A stretch of DNA of 64,000 bases, taken from assembly GCF_006345805.1 (NCBI RefSeq), contig NC_043012.1, forward strand, positions 54,188,001-54,252,000. The letters run 5' to 3'. A program made the translations under genes and the position numbers. The notes beneath the pieces were generated by a model that was given only the letters and a program-made list of their open reading frames with translations, searched no databases and had not been told where the DNA came from. The stretch comes from Octopus sinensis (taxonomy: Eukaryota). Shown here in pieces: positions 1 through 11,824 of the stretch. The stretch's first letter is position 1. Every line of letters begins with the position of its first letter.

Positions 1-165
1 CAGAAAGATTTGTCTAGTATTTCATGAAGATTATAAAACTTTACAGAAATTCTTCCGTTATAAGACATATGACTGTCACACAAACGATAGCAACACGTAA
101 CGTGTGCTTTATAAAATGTTCAATGAATATGCACAGTTTTAGCCATACCCTGGCTCAATTAAAAA

Positions 166-564
166 CTAATGGCCCGACGAGTTGTCTTCCTTCGCTTGAG
201 AGCTAGGTTTCTCAATGTGGGAAAAACAAAACTTCCGAAAACGTAGACAGCTCCCCACGGCTTCCGTCCTGGTGTTCAGGTAGCCTCCTGGTTCCTGTGA
301 ACTTATGAGGATAATATATCTTTTTGCCATACACAATTTACACAGTCTTGTTCCATTGTGATAGGGTCCACAAGATTCTAGTAATTTCCACCTGGTGTTA
401 AACGGTGTATGATCGTCCTTTAGGCGCCATATGTATGCTGCGGGTGTTGTTATGTTGCGTCTCTCCGGGACCCTGAAAGAAGATCTGTGGTTGTTCAGGC
501 GATTTTTAAATTTGAATTCACAAGATCCAGAAATAAATTTTAGTGTGTGTCCCTGTGTTGGCAT
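166..564 (-). mobile_element. Penelope-like element, GIY-YIG endonuclease C-terminal fragment (degenerate)
   Basis: Translation FKFKNRLNNHRSSF...AAYIWRLK...WKLLESCGPY...CKLCMAKRYII...LNTRTE...C matches the PLE endonuclease pattern FKxRxxNHxxSF / YIWxLK / CxLCxxEK / LNKRxE. Confidence 0.8.
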
Positions 565-643
565 TTATATTACTGATATTTGTGCCGCTTCTGTTTGAGG
601 CTATCTTTGCTTGTTACACTACAGCCTCGGTTTTACATATATA

Positions 644-873
644 CAGGTTTGGCCAAAAGTCGCCCGAGAGTAAATCAAAATTCTATAAATACTGTCTGCA
701 ATTTTGTATGGACTCGAATGGAAAAAATTGCCGCTCAAGAAGGACTTCAGTTTAAACAATTTTCATAGATGTTTCATATTAAGATGCTTTTATTAAATTC
801 ATTCAGTTGTTAAACATAAATCTTGGAATTAAATGGCTTTGATTTACTGTCAGGTGACTTTTGGCCAACCATA
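644..873 (+). mobile_element. Tc1/mariner-derived MITE, copy 1
   Basis: TIR CAGGTTTGGCCAAAAGTC...GTGACTTTTGGCCAACC in TA context; interior encodes VCNFVWTRMEKIAAQEGLQFKQ, like a transposase C-terminus. Confidence 0.8.
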
Positions 874-886
874 TATACAGAATATA

Positions 887-1115
887 CAGGGTTGGCCAAA
901 AGTCACCCAACAGTAAATCAAAATTCCATGACTACTATCTGTAATTCTGTACTGACTCGAATGGAAAAATGTGTCGCTCAAGAAGGACTTTACTTTGAAC
1001 AAATTTCACGATGTTGCATATTTAGATGCTTTTATTAAATTCATTCAGTTGTTAAACATAAATCTTGGAATTAAATGGCTTTGATTTACTGTCAAGTGAC
1101 TTTTGGCCAACCCTA
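887..1115 (+). mobile_element. Tc1/mariner-derived MITE, copy 2 (tandem)
   Basis: TIR CAGGGTTGGCCAAAAGTCAC...GTGACTTTTGGCCAACCCT; homologous to 644-873; encodes ICNSVLTRMEKCVAQEGLYFEQ. Confidence 0.82.
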
Positions 1116-1139
1116 TCTATATGTCTATATATATATGTG

Positions 1140-1481
1140 TGTGTATGTCTTTATGTTTGTCCTCCATCACTGCTTTACGACTGGTGTTGGTGTGTTTACG
1201 TCCCTTTAGCTTGACGCTTCGGCAACAGAACCCGAAAGAATAAGTACTAAGCTTAAAAATAAATAATTCCCGGGGACGATTTGTTCGACTGAACTAATGA
1301 AAGAATAGGCGCAGGGGTGGCTGTGTTGTAAGTAGCTTGCTTCCCAACCACATGGTTCTGGGTTCAGATAGAATAAGCACTATGCTTACAAAGAATATAT
1401 CCTGGGGTCAATTTTTTCGACTAATGGCCGGGCCCCAGAATGGCTGCAGTCAAATGACTGAAACAAGTTAAAGAATAAAAG

Positions 1482-1483
<2 letters not shown>
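1140..1483 (+). mobile_element. SINE family A, two rearranged fragments
   Basis: Contains the family A head GGCGCAGGGGTGGCTGTGTTGTAAGTAGCTTGC and tail CAGTCAAATGACTGAAACAAG seen in full copies elsewhere in the window. Confidence 0.7.
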
Positions 1484-1524
<41 letters not shown>

Positions 1525-1545
1525 ATATATATAATATATATTATA

Positions 1546-1767
1546 TAGGTTCCCCACCTGGACGAGACGCGGTACGTCGCAGGTGGGCTGCAAGATCCAG
1601 GAGGAAAGAGTGAGAGAAAGTTGTGGCGAACGAGTCAGCAGAAGTTCGCCATTACCTTCTGCCGGAACCGAGTGGAGCTTATGTGTTTCGCTCATAAACA
1701 CACACATCGCCCGGTCTGAGATTCGAACCCGCGATCCCTCGACCGCGAGTCATAACCACTAGGCCAT
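1546..1767 (-). mobile_element. SINE family B (tail variant 1)
   Basis: Minus strand GGCCTAGTGGTTATGACTCGCGGTCGAGGGATCGCGGGTTCGAATC has pol III A/B boxes; body shared with 3149-3456. Confidence 0.75.
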
Positions 1768-1769
1768 AT

Positions 1770-1833
1770 ATGTATATATATGTGTGCGCGTGTGTATATA
1801 TATATATATATATAGATATATATATATTATATA

Positions 1834-1871
<38 letters not shown>

Positions 1872-1913
1872 TATATATATATGTATATTATATATATATA
1901 TAATATATATGAT

Positions 1914-1946
<33 letters not shown>

Positions 1947-1991
1947 TTATATATATATATATATTATATCTATATATACATATCTATATAT

Positions 1992-2025
<34 letters not shown>

Positions 2026-2062
2026 ATTAATATATATATATATATTTATATGTATATATATA

Positions 2063-2117
<55 letters not shown>

Positions 2118-2121
2118 TTAT

Positions 2122-2160
<39 letters not shown>
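1770..2160. repeat. Degenerate (TA)n microsatellite
   Basis: Directly visible. Confidence 0.97.
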
Positions 2161-2162
<2 letters not shown>

Positions 2163-3106
2163 TGTTGGCATCCTTTTTGTCTCGGGAGACAATGGAGTTG
2201 CGCATAAAGTAGTCTAGTCGGGCTTTTACATTTCATGTCCTGATACATTTCCTGCTGTGGCTGTGTAGTCCTATCCTGGACAAACACTCCCTCTGACAGG
2301 TACCGCAAATGTAGCGAAGACTGTTCCTGGCTGGTTGTAATGCCATAGTTTCTTGTTGACGTCTTTTCTTGTCTTTCCATTTTTCTCCTCTCTCTCTCTC
2401 TCTCTGTCACTCCTTTGTATTCCCTGTTTTACGGTACGTCGCCAGTCTCCACGGTTGCCGGCAACTGCCTCCCAACCGCTACTATTGATGTTGCAAGCCT
2501 TCATGTCCCTTTTGCAAACATCCTTGTAACGTAAGAACGGTCTACCCACAGACCTGGTACCCCTTGCAAGCTCTCCGTAGAGTATGTCCTTGGGGATTCT
2601 GCATACTTTCATACGGCTAATATGCCCAAGCTATTTCATAAGTCTTTGTGTGAGGAGTGCAAACTTGCTTGGTATTCCTGCTTACCTGAGGACATCTTTG
2701 TTGGGGATATGATTCTGCCATTTGATGCGGAGGATTTTCCGGAGGCAGCGCAGGTGAAAGATGTTTAGGCGACGCTCTTGGCGTGTATATAGCGTCCAAG
2801 TCTCACTTCCATACAGTTGAGTGCTAAGTACACATGCCTGGTAGATCTTCATTTTCGTGGTCTTGGTCAGCTTATTGTTGTCCCAAGCCCGTTTGGAGAG
2901 TTGGGCCATCGCAGCAGCTGCCTTGCCAATGCGTATATTGAACTCAGCGTCAAGGGATAGGTTGTAGGTGACGGTAGAGCCAAGATAGGTAAACTTCTCC
3001 ACCTCTTGTAATCTGTGGTCTCCAATATGTATGCTTGGGATGTCCGATGTAGCCTGACCCATGATGCTGGTCTTCTTAAGGCTGATAGCTAAGCCAAAGT
3101 CGTTAC
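2161..3106 (-). mobile_element. RTE-clade (BovB-like) LINE, 5'-truncated 3' end
   Basis: ORFs ...LQEVEKFTYLGSTV...RIGKAAAAMAQLSKRAW...YQACVLSTQLYGSETWTLY...FHLRCLRKILRIKWQ and RIPKDILYGELARGTRSVGRPFLRYKDVCKRDMK; 3' end GAGAC..AAGGATGCCAACAA. Confidence 0.93.
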
Positions 3107-3148
<42 letters not shown>

Positions 3149-3149
<1 letters not shown>

Positions 3150-3456
3150 GAGGCGCAATGGCCTAGTGGTTAGGGCAGCGGACTCGCGGTCGTAGGATCG
3201 CGGTTTCGATTCCCAGACCAGGCGTTATGAGTGTTTATTGAGCGAAAACACCTAAAAAGCTCCACGAGGCTCCGGCAGTGGGCAGGTGATCCCTGCTGTA
3301 CTCTTTCACCACACTTTCTCCCACTCTTTCTTCTGTTGGCCTGCTCGCTTAGCCAGCGGGGTGGCGTCATTCGAAGGCTAAAACAATGCGAATGCATTGT
3401 GACCAGCGATGTGTAACAACATCTGATGGTCTGGTCGGTCACGTGATCACGTGATA
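3149..3456 (+). mobile_element. SINE family B (tail variant 2)
   Basis: Head GGAGGCGCAATGGCCTAGTGGTTAGGGCAGCGGACTC...GGTTTCGATTCCC with A/B boxes; body shared with four other copies. Confidence 0.85.
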
Positions 3457-3458
3457 TA

Positions 3459-3490
<32 letters not shown>

Positions 3491-3791
3491 TATACAACAC
3501 GACCAGTTTATTCTACTGAAGAGGCAAAGCATTTCTTATGCAAAGTCAGAAATCCGGGATCTGGAATTATCCAGTAATTTTTTACTAGTTTATTTTGTGT
3601 TTTTGTCTTCTCTCCTAGTGCTGTATGAATATTTATGCGGTTTTAGAGTCAGATTTTGGCTGCTATTTCCAGCGTGGATACCCTAAATTATAATTTTAGC
3701 AATAATTATTACCTTTTATTCCCATGCAGGCCACTTGATAAGATCGATATTTAAATTAACGATCTTATCGTTATTTATATAAATTCTATAT

Positions 3792-3825
<34 letters not shown>

Positions 3826-4079
3826 AGCAATCAACCAAACCACGGTGTAGTTCCTTTGGATGAGGTTGAGGATGTTTGTGTTCGGAGTATTAGCATCATT
3901 CCGGATGAGTTTCACATTATTAGTGAGGAATTATTCAAGACTCTTCATACAGTCACGAGATTAGGAATATTTACAGATTCTCATTATTTCAGAAATTTTA
4001 GATGTGGTTAACGTAACGTTTGTTTAGAGGAGTGGGTTTTTATTGTTGTTGTTCTTTAAATAGAAGAAAAGTGTGTGTG

Positions 4080-4265
4080 TTGCCTGTCTATATGTATGCA
4101 TATATTCATGAATCTGTCTATCTATATGTGTGCGTGCGTGTGTGTGTATGCGCGTGTGCGTATGTGTGCGTATAGATAGAGAGATACATATATAAGTTCA
4201 TGTATACATGAATATATATTTGTATATATATATATATATATATATTCATATGTATACATATATAT

Positions 4266-4326
<61 letters not shown>

Positions 4327-4507
4327 CATATATGTATATATATATATATATTTATATATATGTATATATGTATATATGTATATATATACACATATATATC
4401 ACTTCGAGTGTATCTATATACGTCTGTATATATAAATATGCATGTATATGTATATATAATTTTCTGTGTAAGTATACAAGTCTGTGTGTGGGTGTACATG
4501 AACACAT

Positions 4508-4587
<80 letters not shown>

Positions 4588-4610
4588 GATATATATGCAT
4601 GCATATATAT
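4080..4610. repeat. Compound (TA)n/(TG)n microsatellite
   Basis: Directly visible. Confidence 0.95.
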
Positions 4611-4859
4611 ATTTACTCTAAATATTTCAAGTAGGTGATATAATCCCGCGAGGAAAAGTCGAAATTATCATGTTATTCACAGAAAATGTTATTTTAATAA
4701 TAATTGAAAATAATGTTGCAAAATGTATTGAAAATATATGAAGAAGATATATATATAAAAAGAAAATTAAACACACTGAGAAATTGTAATAAGTTATATA
4801 ATCCCACGAGAATAATGGCGACTGTCAATGTATTTACAGAAAAGGTAATTGTTGCTATT

Positions 4860-4894
4860 GTTGGTGGTGGTGTTGTCGTTTTTTAAAGTTGTTT

Positions 4895-4926
<32 letters not shown>

Positions 4927-4952
4927 GATGATGATGATGTTGTTGTTGTTGC

Positions 4953-4984
<32 letters not shown>

Positions 4985-5140
4985 TGGAGGAGGAAGAGGT
5001 GGAGGAGGGTAACGACGATGACGACGATGGTGATGGTGATGATGATGATGATGATGATGATAATGATGATGATGATGCAGTTGTTGTTAGTAGTAGTGGT
5101 AGTAGTAGTAGTGGTAGTGGTAGTGGTATTGGTGGTGGTA
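4860..5140. repeat. Compound triplet repeat (GTT/GAT/GGA/AGT/GGT)
   Basis: Directly visible. Confidence 0.95.
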
Positions 5141-5639
5141 TGTTGTTGGAAGCTATTTTACCCCAAGGTTAACCTCGGTCGAACATACCTATCATGAAAG
5201 GCATTCGAAACGTGACCATCATGGGTTTTATTTAGATTAAGGACTCCATTATCTAATGTATTTCTTTAAGATTGCAAAGTGTGATTTTAAAAGCGATTTA
5301 GCTGCTATTTCTAGCAAACTCGTGAGACTGCACAGCGAGTTCCTAGTTTAGTTTCTAAGGACAGTACCACAAAAAGGGAAACAGAGATGTAATCGATTAA
5401 AGCAACGATTCAGCAGAGCCGTTGGAGAGCATTAGATGTAATACCTTGCATTATTTATTCCCGCTCTCTGCGCTCTGAGTTCAAATCCTGCCGAGGTCCA
5501 CTTTGACTTTCATCTTTACGCGGTCAATAAATATAGTATCAGTTCAGAACAGTAGATTGGGGAGAATATTTGAGCAGCTGACGATGTCTCTTCATGTTCT
5601 GAGTTCGAATTTCACCAGAGTATCAATGGTCCGATCTAA

Positions 5640-5985
5640 TCACCTGACCATGGGAACACCACACAGCAGCTGCAACTGGCCAGCATGAACAGATAGACCT
5701 ACAATCAGCATATATAATCCATGGACAAAGGTTCCCCCAACAGACAAAGGGTTCGAAAGTTGCTGAATGGAATGCCTGATTTAATTTACACACGAAACCA
5801 ACAAGACCAGGGAGAGGAAAGCCTTCCTTCAAGAAAACACATGACATGGCGCAGCAAAATTCAAAAGGAATCTGCACAAAACATCAAGGATCTAATAGGA
5901 GAGAAGTAGAAGACAGCCCAGAGTGAAGAAAAGGAGTTGATGGCCCCTGCTCCGTAGGGAGCCAGGGAGTTGCTCAGTTTGTAAA
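5640..5985 (+). mobile_element. RTE-clade LINE 3' fragment, degenerate
   Basis: Frameshifted remnants RPGRGKP / TWRSKIQKE / EWNA resemble the RTE C-terminal W-P-x-GxRxRGRPxxTW region. Confidence 0.5.
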
Positions 5986-6904
5986 GTACATTTTTGTGCA
6001 TCATGCGTATTATTTATGGGTGTATACATCTTTGCATCTGTCTGTATGCTAATGTGTTTGCGCTCTCATAACTAACTATAGCGTATGAGTACGTGCGTGC
6101 ATCTGTGTTTGTGTGTGTGTGTGTGTGTGTATGTGTGTGTGTGTGCGCGCGCGCGTACGTGCGTGTGTGTGCGTGTGGGTGCATGTGTGTGTGAATGAAT
6201 TTCTGCATGCCTTTACGCTAAAACGTAAACTCTTGGCTCTGTGGATATGGCAACTTCTCTGTGTAGCTGAACTTCAAAACATCAAAACATATTCTGCATA
6301 TGTACAGAAATACATAAAACACAAACACATGCCTTGAAATTGCATGCACATGTTCACCACACACACACACACACACACGCACATATGCATGAACATACAT
6401 GCAAATAAACAAGCATGCATACAGATGTGCGCACATTATAAAGTCGGTTTGTTTAACCTTCCACTAAATACTGCACACAGGAGCTGACGTTTTAATGTGT
6501 AAATGATGTCAAGCTAAATATAGCTCTTTTCAATATTTTGTATACCGTTCTCATTTTTCACGTCAGTATCTTCCTTATCTACCAACAGACAACTTAGAGT
6601 TCTTTCTTTCTCAGTTCCGTCATCACGGATAGAATTTCTATCAGAAACACATAGAACATTTTCTCCTGCCAGCCGCTTTCTTGATATATATAATTAGGTT
6701 AATCTCTTTCTCAACAACAAGATTCTGTTAGATAATTCAAATAATATGAGGTTACTATGACATTGAGTTGATATAACACTTGAATCTTTGTCACCTCCTG
6801 GATAGGCTGTCAGTATATCATTAGTGACTTCCCTCCGAATAAAACGTCTTCTGTTCCCTTTTGAAGGCATAGTTTTAGAAGGATGCAAATAACAATGAAA
6901 CCTA

Positions 6905-6976
6905 TAGGATTGTGGTTGTAACTGTTGTTGTTGTTGCTGTTGTTGTTGTTGTTGTTGTTGCTGCTGCTGCTGCTGC

Positions 6977-7019
<43 letters not shown>

Positions 7020-7106
7020 ATGGTTGTTACCGTTGTAATTATCGATGCTCATTTTGTTCTTACTTTGGGGGTTAGTTACAATTCTTGCTGCTACTGCTGT
7101 TGTTGT

Positions 7107-7148
<42 letters not shown>

Positions 7149-7251
7149 CGATGATGATGACGACGACGACGATGATGACGACGATGACGACGATGATGAT
7201 GATGATGACGACGATGATGACGATGATGATGACGTTGATGATGATGATAAC

Positions 7252-7290
<39 letters not shown>

Positions 7291-7363
7291 AGTGATGATG
7301 ATAGTGGTGATGATGATTACGATGATGTTGCTGTGATTGTTTTTGTTATTCATTTTGTTGTTG

Positions 7364-7398
<35 letters not shown>

Positions 7399-7489
7399 GT
7401 TTATGGTTGTTACCGTTGTAATTATCGATGCTCATTTTGTTCTTACTTTGGGGGTTAGTTACAATTCTTGCTGCTACTGCTGTTGTTGT

Positions 7490-7531
<42 letters not shown>

Positions 7532-7630
7532 CGATGATGATGACGACGACGACGATGATGACGACGATGACGACGATGATGATGATGATGACGATGATGA
7601 TGATGATGATGACGATGATGATGATGATAC

Positions 7631-7669
<39 letters not shown>

Positions 7670-7755
7670 AGTGATGATGATAGTGGTGATGATGATTACG
7701 ATGATGTTGCTGTGATTGTTTTTGTTATTCATTTTGTTGTTGTGTTGTTGTTGTG
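6905..7755. repeat. Compound (GTT)n/(GAT)n array containing a ~380-bp tandem duplication
   Basis: Unique spacer TATGGTTGTTACCGTTGTAATTATCGATGCTC...GTTAGTTACAATTCTTGCTGC occurs at 7019 and 7402. Confidence 0.93.
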
Positions 7756-8221
7756 GTTATTACTGCAGATTCTGTTGGTGTCAACTGCTGCTGTTGTTGG
7801 ATTATGTAGCTTTGGGTGCCTAGGAAAAATATGGGATGGCCATTGCTGGTAAGCACTCGAATACAAAGCTTCTCGATCAGGGCTCTTAAGAAGAAAAAGA
7901 AGAAGAAGAACAACAACAACAACTACTACTACTACTACTACTACAGCAGCAGCAGCAACTGTACAATTAATAAGGAACCGTCTGCAATGGTGCTTTAAGA
8001 TCTGTTTGAAATATCGGCGAAATTGGATAATATTGTCCTCAATGACATCCAAAATAAACCGAATATTAAAAGCTGGAGTATCATTAATCGTAGGTCTCCT
8101 TAATAACGATTGACCTTAAGTTAAGAAAACAACAACTACAACAATAATAAAAATGATAAAATTTGGACATTATTGCTTCGAGTCCTTGAAGTCCTAAGGC
8201 TGGTCGTCCATATAAATATAC

Positions 8222-8428
8222 GTGGCATATAAGTGACCGAGATCACAACCCTCCCGCTGAAGTGGACATCTGTCGGTCAAAAGATTGGTCGTTTACAACT
8301 GAGTGCAGCGGAGTGGAGCAACAGGAAATGAAGTGTATTGCTCAATAACACAACGTACCCGGTCCAGGAGCGAAACCACGATTTCACGAACGTGAATGCA
8401 ACACCTTAACCACTAGGCTACGCGCCTT
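8222..8428 (-). mobile_element. CORE-like tRNA SINE (tail variant F)
   Basis: Minus strand GGCGCGTAGCCTAGTGGTTAAGG head and GTTGTGTTATTGAGCAATACACTTCATTTCCTGTTGCTCCACT core. Confidence 0.7.
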
Positions 8429-9070
8429 CACAACACTATAAACTATACTAAGATACTCAGGGTAGTGGAAAGACGCAGCATGTTTAGACTGCAATATTTC
8501 TCTTACGAGATAAACCACTGTATGCTCGGATGTGCCATAAGGTCCTCGGTGGGTGAAGGCACAGTACATAGTGAACAATGAATTTGTAGCGCGCGGGCAG
8601 ATAGTAACCTTTTCGGCCAGTATTCGTTTTCCCAGCGGAACATCCAGGATATTATAGCTACAGAAAGAGAAAAGGTTCAATCATATCTCGGCTGGCACTG
8701 ATTGACTGGAGCAATGATACAGGAAGTGCTTCGCTCAAGACCTCAACGTATCGCTTGGCCTACGAATCGAAACTTCGGCTCATGATCGAAATCCCAGCAC
8801 CGAGGTACTTAAGATGGAGAATGTAGTGTAAAATATTCAAGTTATGTTATTGAAGCAATGATACACATAGGATAAGCTCTTTCCAGCTGTCCCTCATAAA
8901 AGCTTATATCAAATTATGTAAGTCACCTGTTTCTCGTAAGAAATCATGTTTAAAACATATTAAATTCTGATTTGTAATTTGCATTTATTTGTATACCTTA
9001 GGCACGCATGCATTCCTTGCATTCATGCAGGAAACACTTTAGTATGTGCATACATACATACAGTACTCAT

Positions 9071-9111
<41 letters not shown>

Positions 9112-9404
9112 TACGCACGCATGTATGTATATATGAATGAATGATATTCATATATCTATGTATGAATGATATTATATAGCCTTGAGCTGCTAGAATCTCA
9201 ACGACCACCATCACGCCCACACTGCATTTACAAATATTGCTAGCACTAGCAACATCATCATTCGAACAGCAATAACATCCCAATGTTTTGAGACTCTTTC
9301 TTCAGTAAAGTGACCAGCTCTTTCTCGAAAATACAAACAACAAAGCGTATGTGTTTGCATGCGCATGTGTGTATATATACGTATGCTGGTATCTACATAA
9401 ATAT

Positions 9405-9885
9405 TAGACAAGATTTGGCAGTCATCGCTCCTGAGAAGACAAAAAGTCATGTTCTTCAAAGCAATATTTGTAAGTGCATTACTTTACGAATCCGAAACTT
9501 GGACACTGGCAAAAACGTTGCGGGAACGACCAACCGGTGCTACACCCGTTTACTCCGTACGCACTAAAGATCAAACGGCAACAGAGAGTCACCAATAGAG
9601 ACCGCTACAGGGATTTCACCTGATATCAGTGGTGGTCAGAATCAGGAGACTCCGTTTTGCTAGACACTGCTATCGGGCCGAGAACAAATGTATCAAGGGT
9701 GTGTTACTCTGGAACCAGCGCGTGACCACGGGGGCAGAGGTTGACCGGCTACAGCATATGTTGATAAACTAGTGATCTAGTGATCGACAGCGTTTATCAG
9801 TTCCCGAGTTCAAGTCAGCAATGGAGGACGGGGACTACTGGCGGAACGTCTGTGCAGATCAAAGAACTCGATCTAAGAAAGAAAA
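9405..9885 (+). mobile_element. RTE-clade LINE 3' fragment
   Basis: Translation IWQSS...FFKAIFVSALLYESETWTL...RIRRLRFARHCYR...LLW matches the RTE YGxETWTL / RRLRFAGHC motifs. Confidence 0.8.
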
Positions 9886-9904
9886 AAATATAATTAATTG
9901 ATCT

Positions 9905-10185
9905 CTCTCTATCCGCTCAGTCGAAGTCGACTCTCGGTCACTCGTTGGATCAGTGTCCTCCAGTCAGTTCTATCCTGGGCCGCTTCTTTCAGATTGGCTA
10001 TGTCCATTCCGGTATCACTCTTGATGGTGTCAAGCCAGCGGGTTCTTGGTCGGCCTCTTCCTCTCTTGCCACTGACAATTCCGAGCAGGATGTCCTTCTC
10101 CAGGGAATTTCTCCGCATGATATGACCGAAATATGCCAATCTATGCTTGGTGATCCTAGCTTCTAGCGACATTTTCGGCCTTATC
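9905..10185 (-). mobile_element. RTE-clade LINE 3' end, short and little decayed
   Basis: ORF SLEARITKHRLAYFGHIMRRNSLEKDILLGIVSGKRGRGRPRTRWLDTIK...AAQDRTDWR, followed by an (AG)n tail. Confidence 0.93.
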
Positions 10186-10627
10186 TGGTGGTCGTTGAGA
10201 TTCTAGCAGCTCAAGGCTTTATATAATATCATTCATACATAGATATATGAATATCATTCATTCATATGTACATACATATGTGCGTGTGTGTGTGTATGTG
10301 TGTGTGAGTACGGTATGTATGGATGCACATACTAAAGCGTTTCCTGTATGAACGCAAGGAATGCATGCATGCCTAAGGTATACAAGCAAATGCAATAGCT
10401 AAACAACATCGTTTCCAGCTGGTTATACGACACAATATCTGTGTCCTTATATTTTCGAATAGGGAGTCCAGCACTCCCATCCAACACAAGCTGCTTGGCT
10501 AGGTGGCGTTGCTGAACTCACCGTTCGAAAATATATAGTTTTCAAAGTGACACACAGTCACTGATCTAGTTGCAGAATATCTCTCTTTGAGAGATTTAGA
10601 AATAATAATGTTTCTATTTATATAATA

Positions 10628-11026
10628 CTAGCAGTATCGCCCGGCGTTTCTCGGGTTTGTAAGGGAAATAACTATATAAGCATTTTTAGAGAGTTATAGC
10701 CAAAAAATAGCAAAAAAATGCATTGAAAATGGAAAAAAAATGATGGTAATTTTTTTTTTTTAAATCGTTGACTCATCGTAGACATTTTTAGAGAGTTACT
10801 TCCCTTATATAATAGCGAAAAAAATGCATTAAAATGGAAAAGATTATGGTAAATTTTTTTTAAATTGTAGACTCATTGTAGACGCGCGCTAATACCCAGA
10901 AGGGCTCGATATGAATCACGACTATAAGATACCCGGTTTTGGTTAAACTGCACCGCAAAATGTGGGAGTAGTTAGGAATCTAATTCGTAGGAGACAGACA
11001 CACAACTTGACTTTTATATATAAAGA
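10628..11026 (-). mobile_element. Non-autonomous Helitron (subfamily 1)
   Basis: Minus strand starts A|TCTTTATATATAAAAG and ends CCCGAGAAACGCCGGGCGATACTGCTAG|T: TC start, GC hairpin, CTAG end, A|T target. Confidence 0.85.
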
Positions 11027-11095
11027 TTATTGTTATTAATAATATATTATGAAAAATATACAAATGAGAAGAAATTTTAATCAATTTCAATTTAC

Positions 11096-11162
<67 letters not shown>

Positions 11163-11824
11163 AAAATTTACATCGATTGCAATATTTTGTATCAGCACCA
11201 TGAATTTTTAACACTTTTTTTACTATTGTTTCGTCTATTGAACTGCAACCAGTTGGATGTGTGTGTGTGTGTGTGTGTGCGCGCGTGCGTGCGTTGTGTG
11301 TGTGTGTGCGCGCGCGCGCTTGCGTGTGTGTGTGGTGTGTTTGTGTGTGTGTGTACAGGCCTTTTTCTTGATCCCTTAAAATCAATATTTTGCATCCGAT
11401 TTCTTTCACACTGGGAACATACATCACTTATTTTCCAGAGATGGTCATAGACTCTTCAGATTTTCCACATAATGAGTAACGCCGCCCCTAGGGAAAGAAA
11501 ACACCCTCTTATAGGTAAATAAAAAATACCACCGATCGTTGCTTCAAGGGCCATTTACTCTTGATGACTATGCTAGTTTCACTTCGTCTTCTAGTACAGT
11601 TTTTACAATACCCATTCACTACAACCCCCACCCCCGATATTTGCACATTAGCACTTCCTTGAGGTAGCCATGCAATTTAAATCAACTTTTAATTATTTTT
11701 AAATGCCTTCATAAATTAATCCATATTATATATATTCTCTGCTTTTACTCATACAAAGTTGTGACAGCTATACAGTTTTTACAATTCCCATTCACTGCAA
11801 ACTGCTGATTTTTGCAAGTTAACA

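Noticed and set aside
3149-3225. tRNA genes at SINE heads
   Set aside because: A/B boxes are present, but there is no complete cloverleaf or acceptor stem and each continues into a SINE body.
6810-6890. LFGGKSLMI resembling a Pif1 helicase motif
   Set aside because: The following GDxxQ is absent and there is a stop; likely chance.
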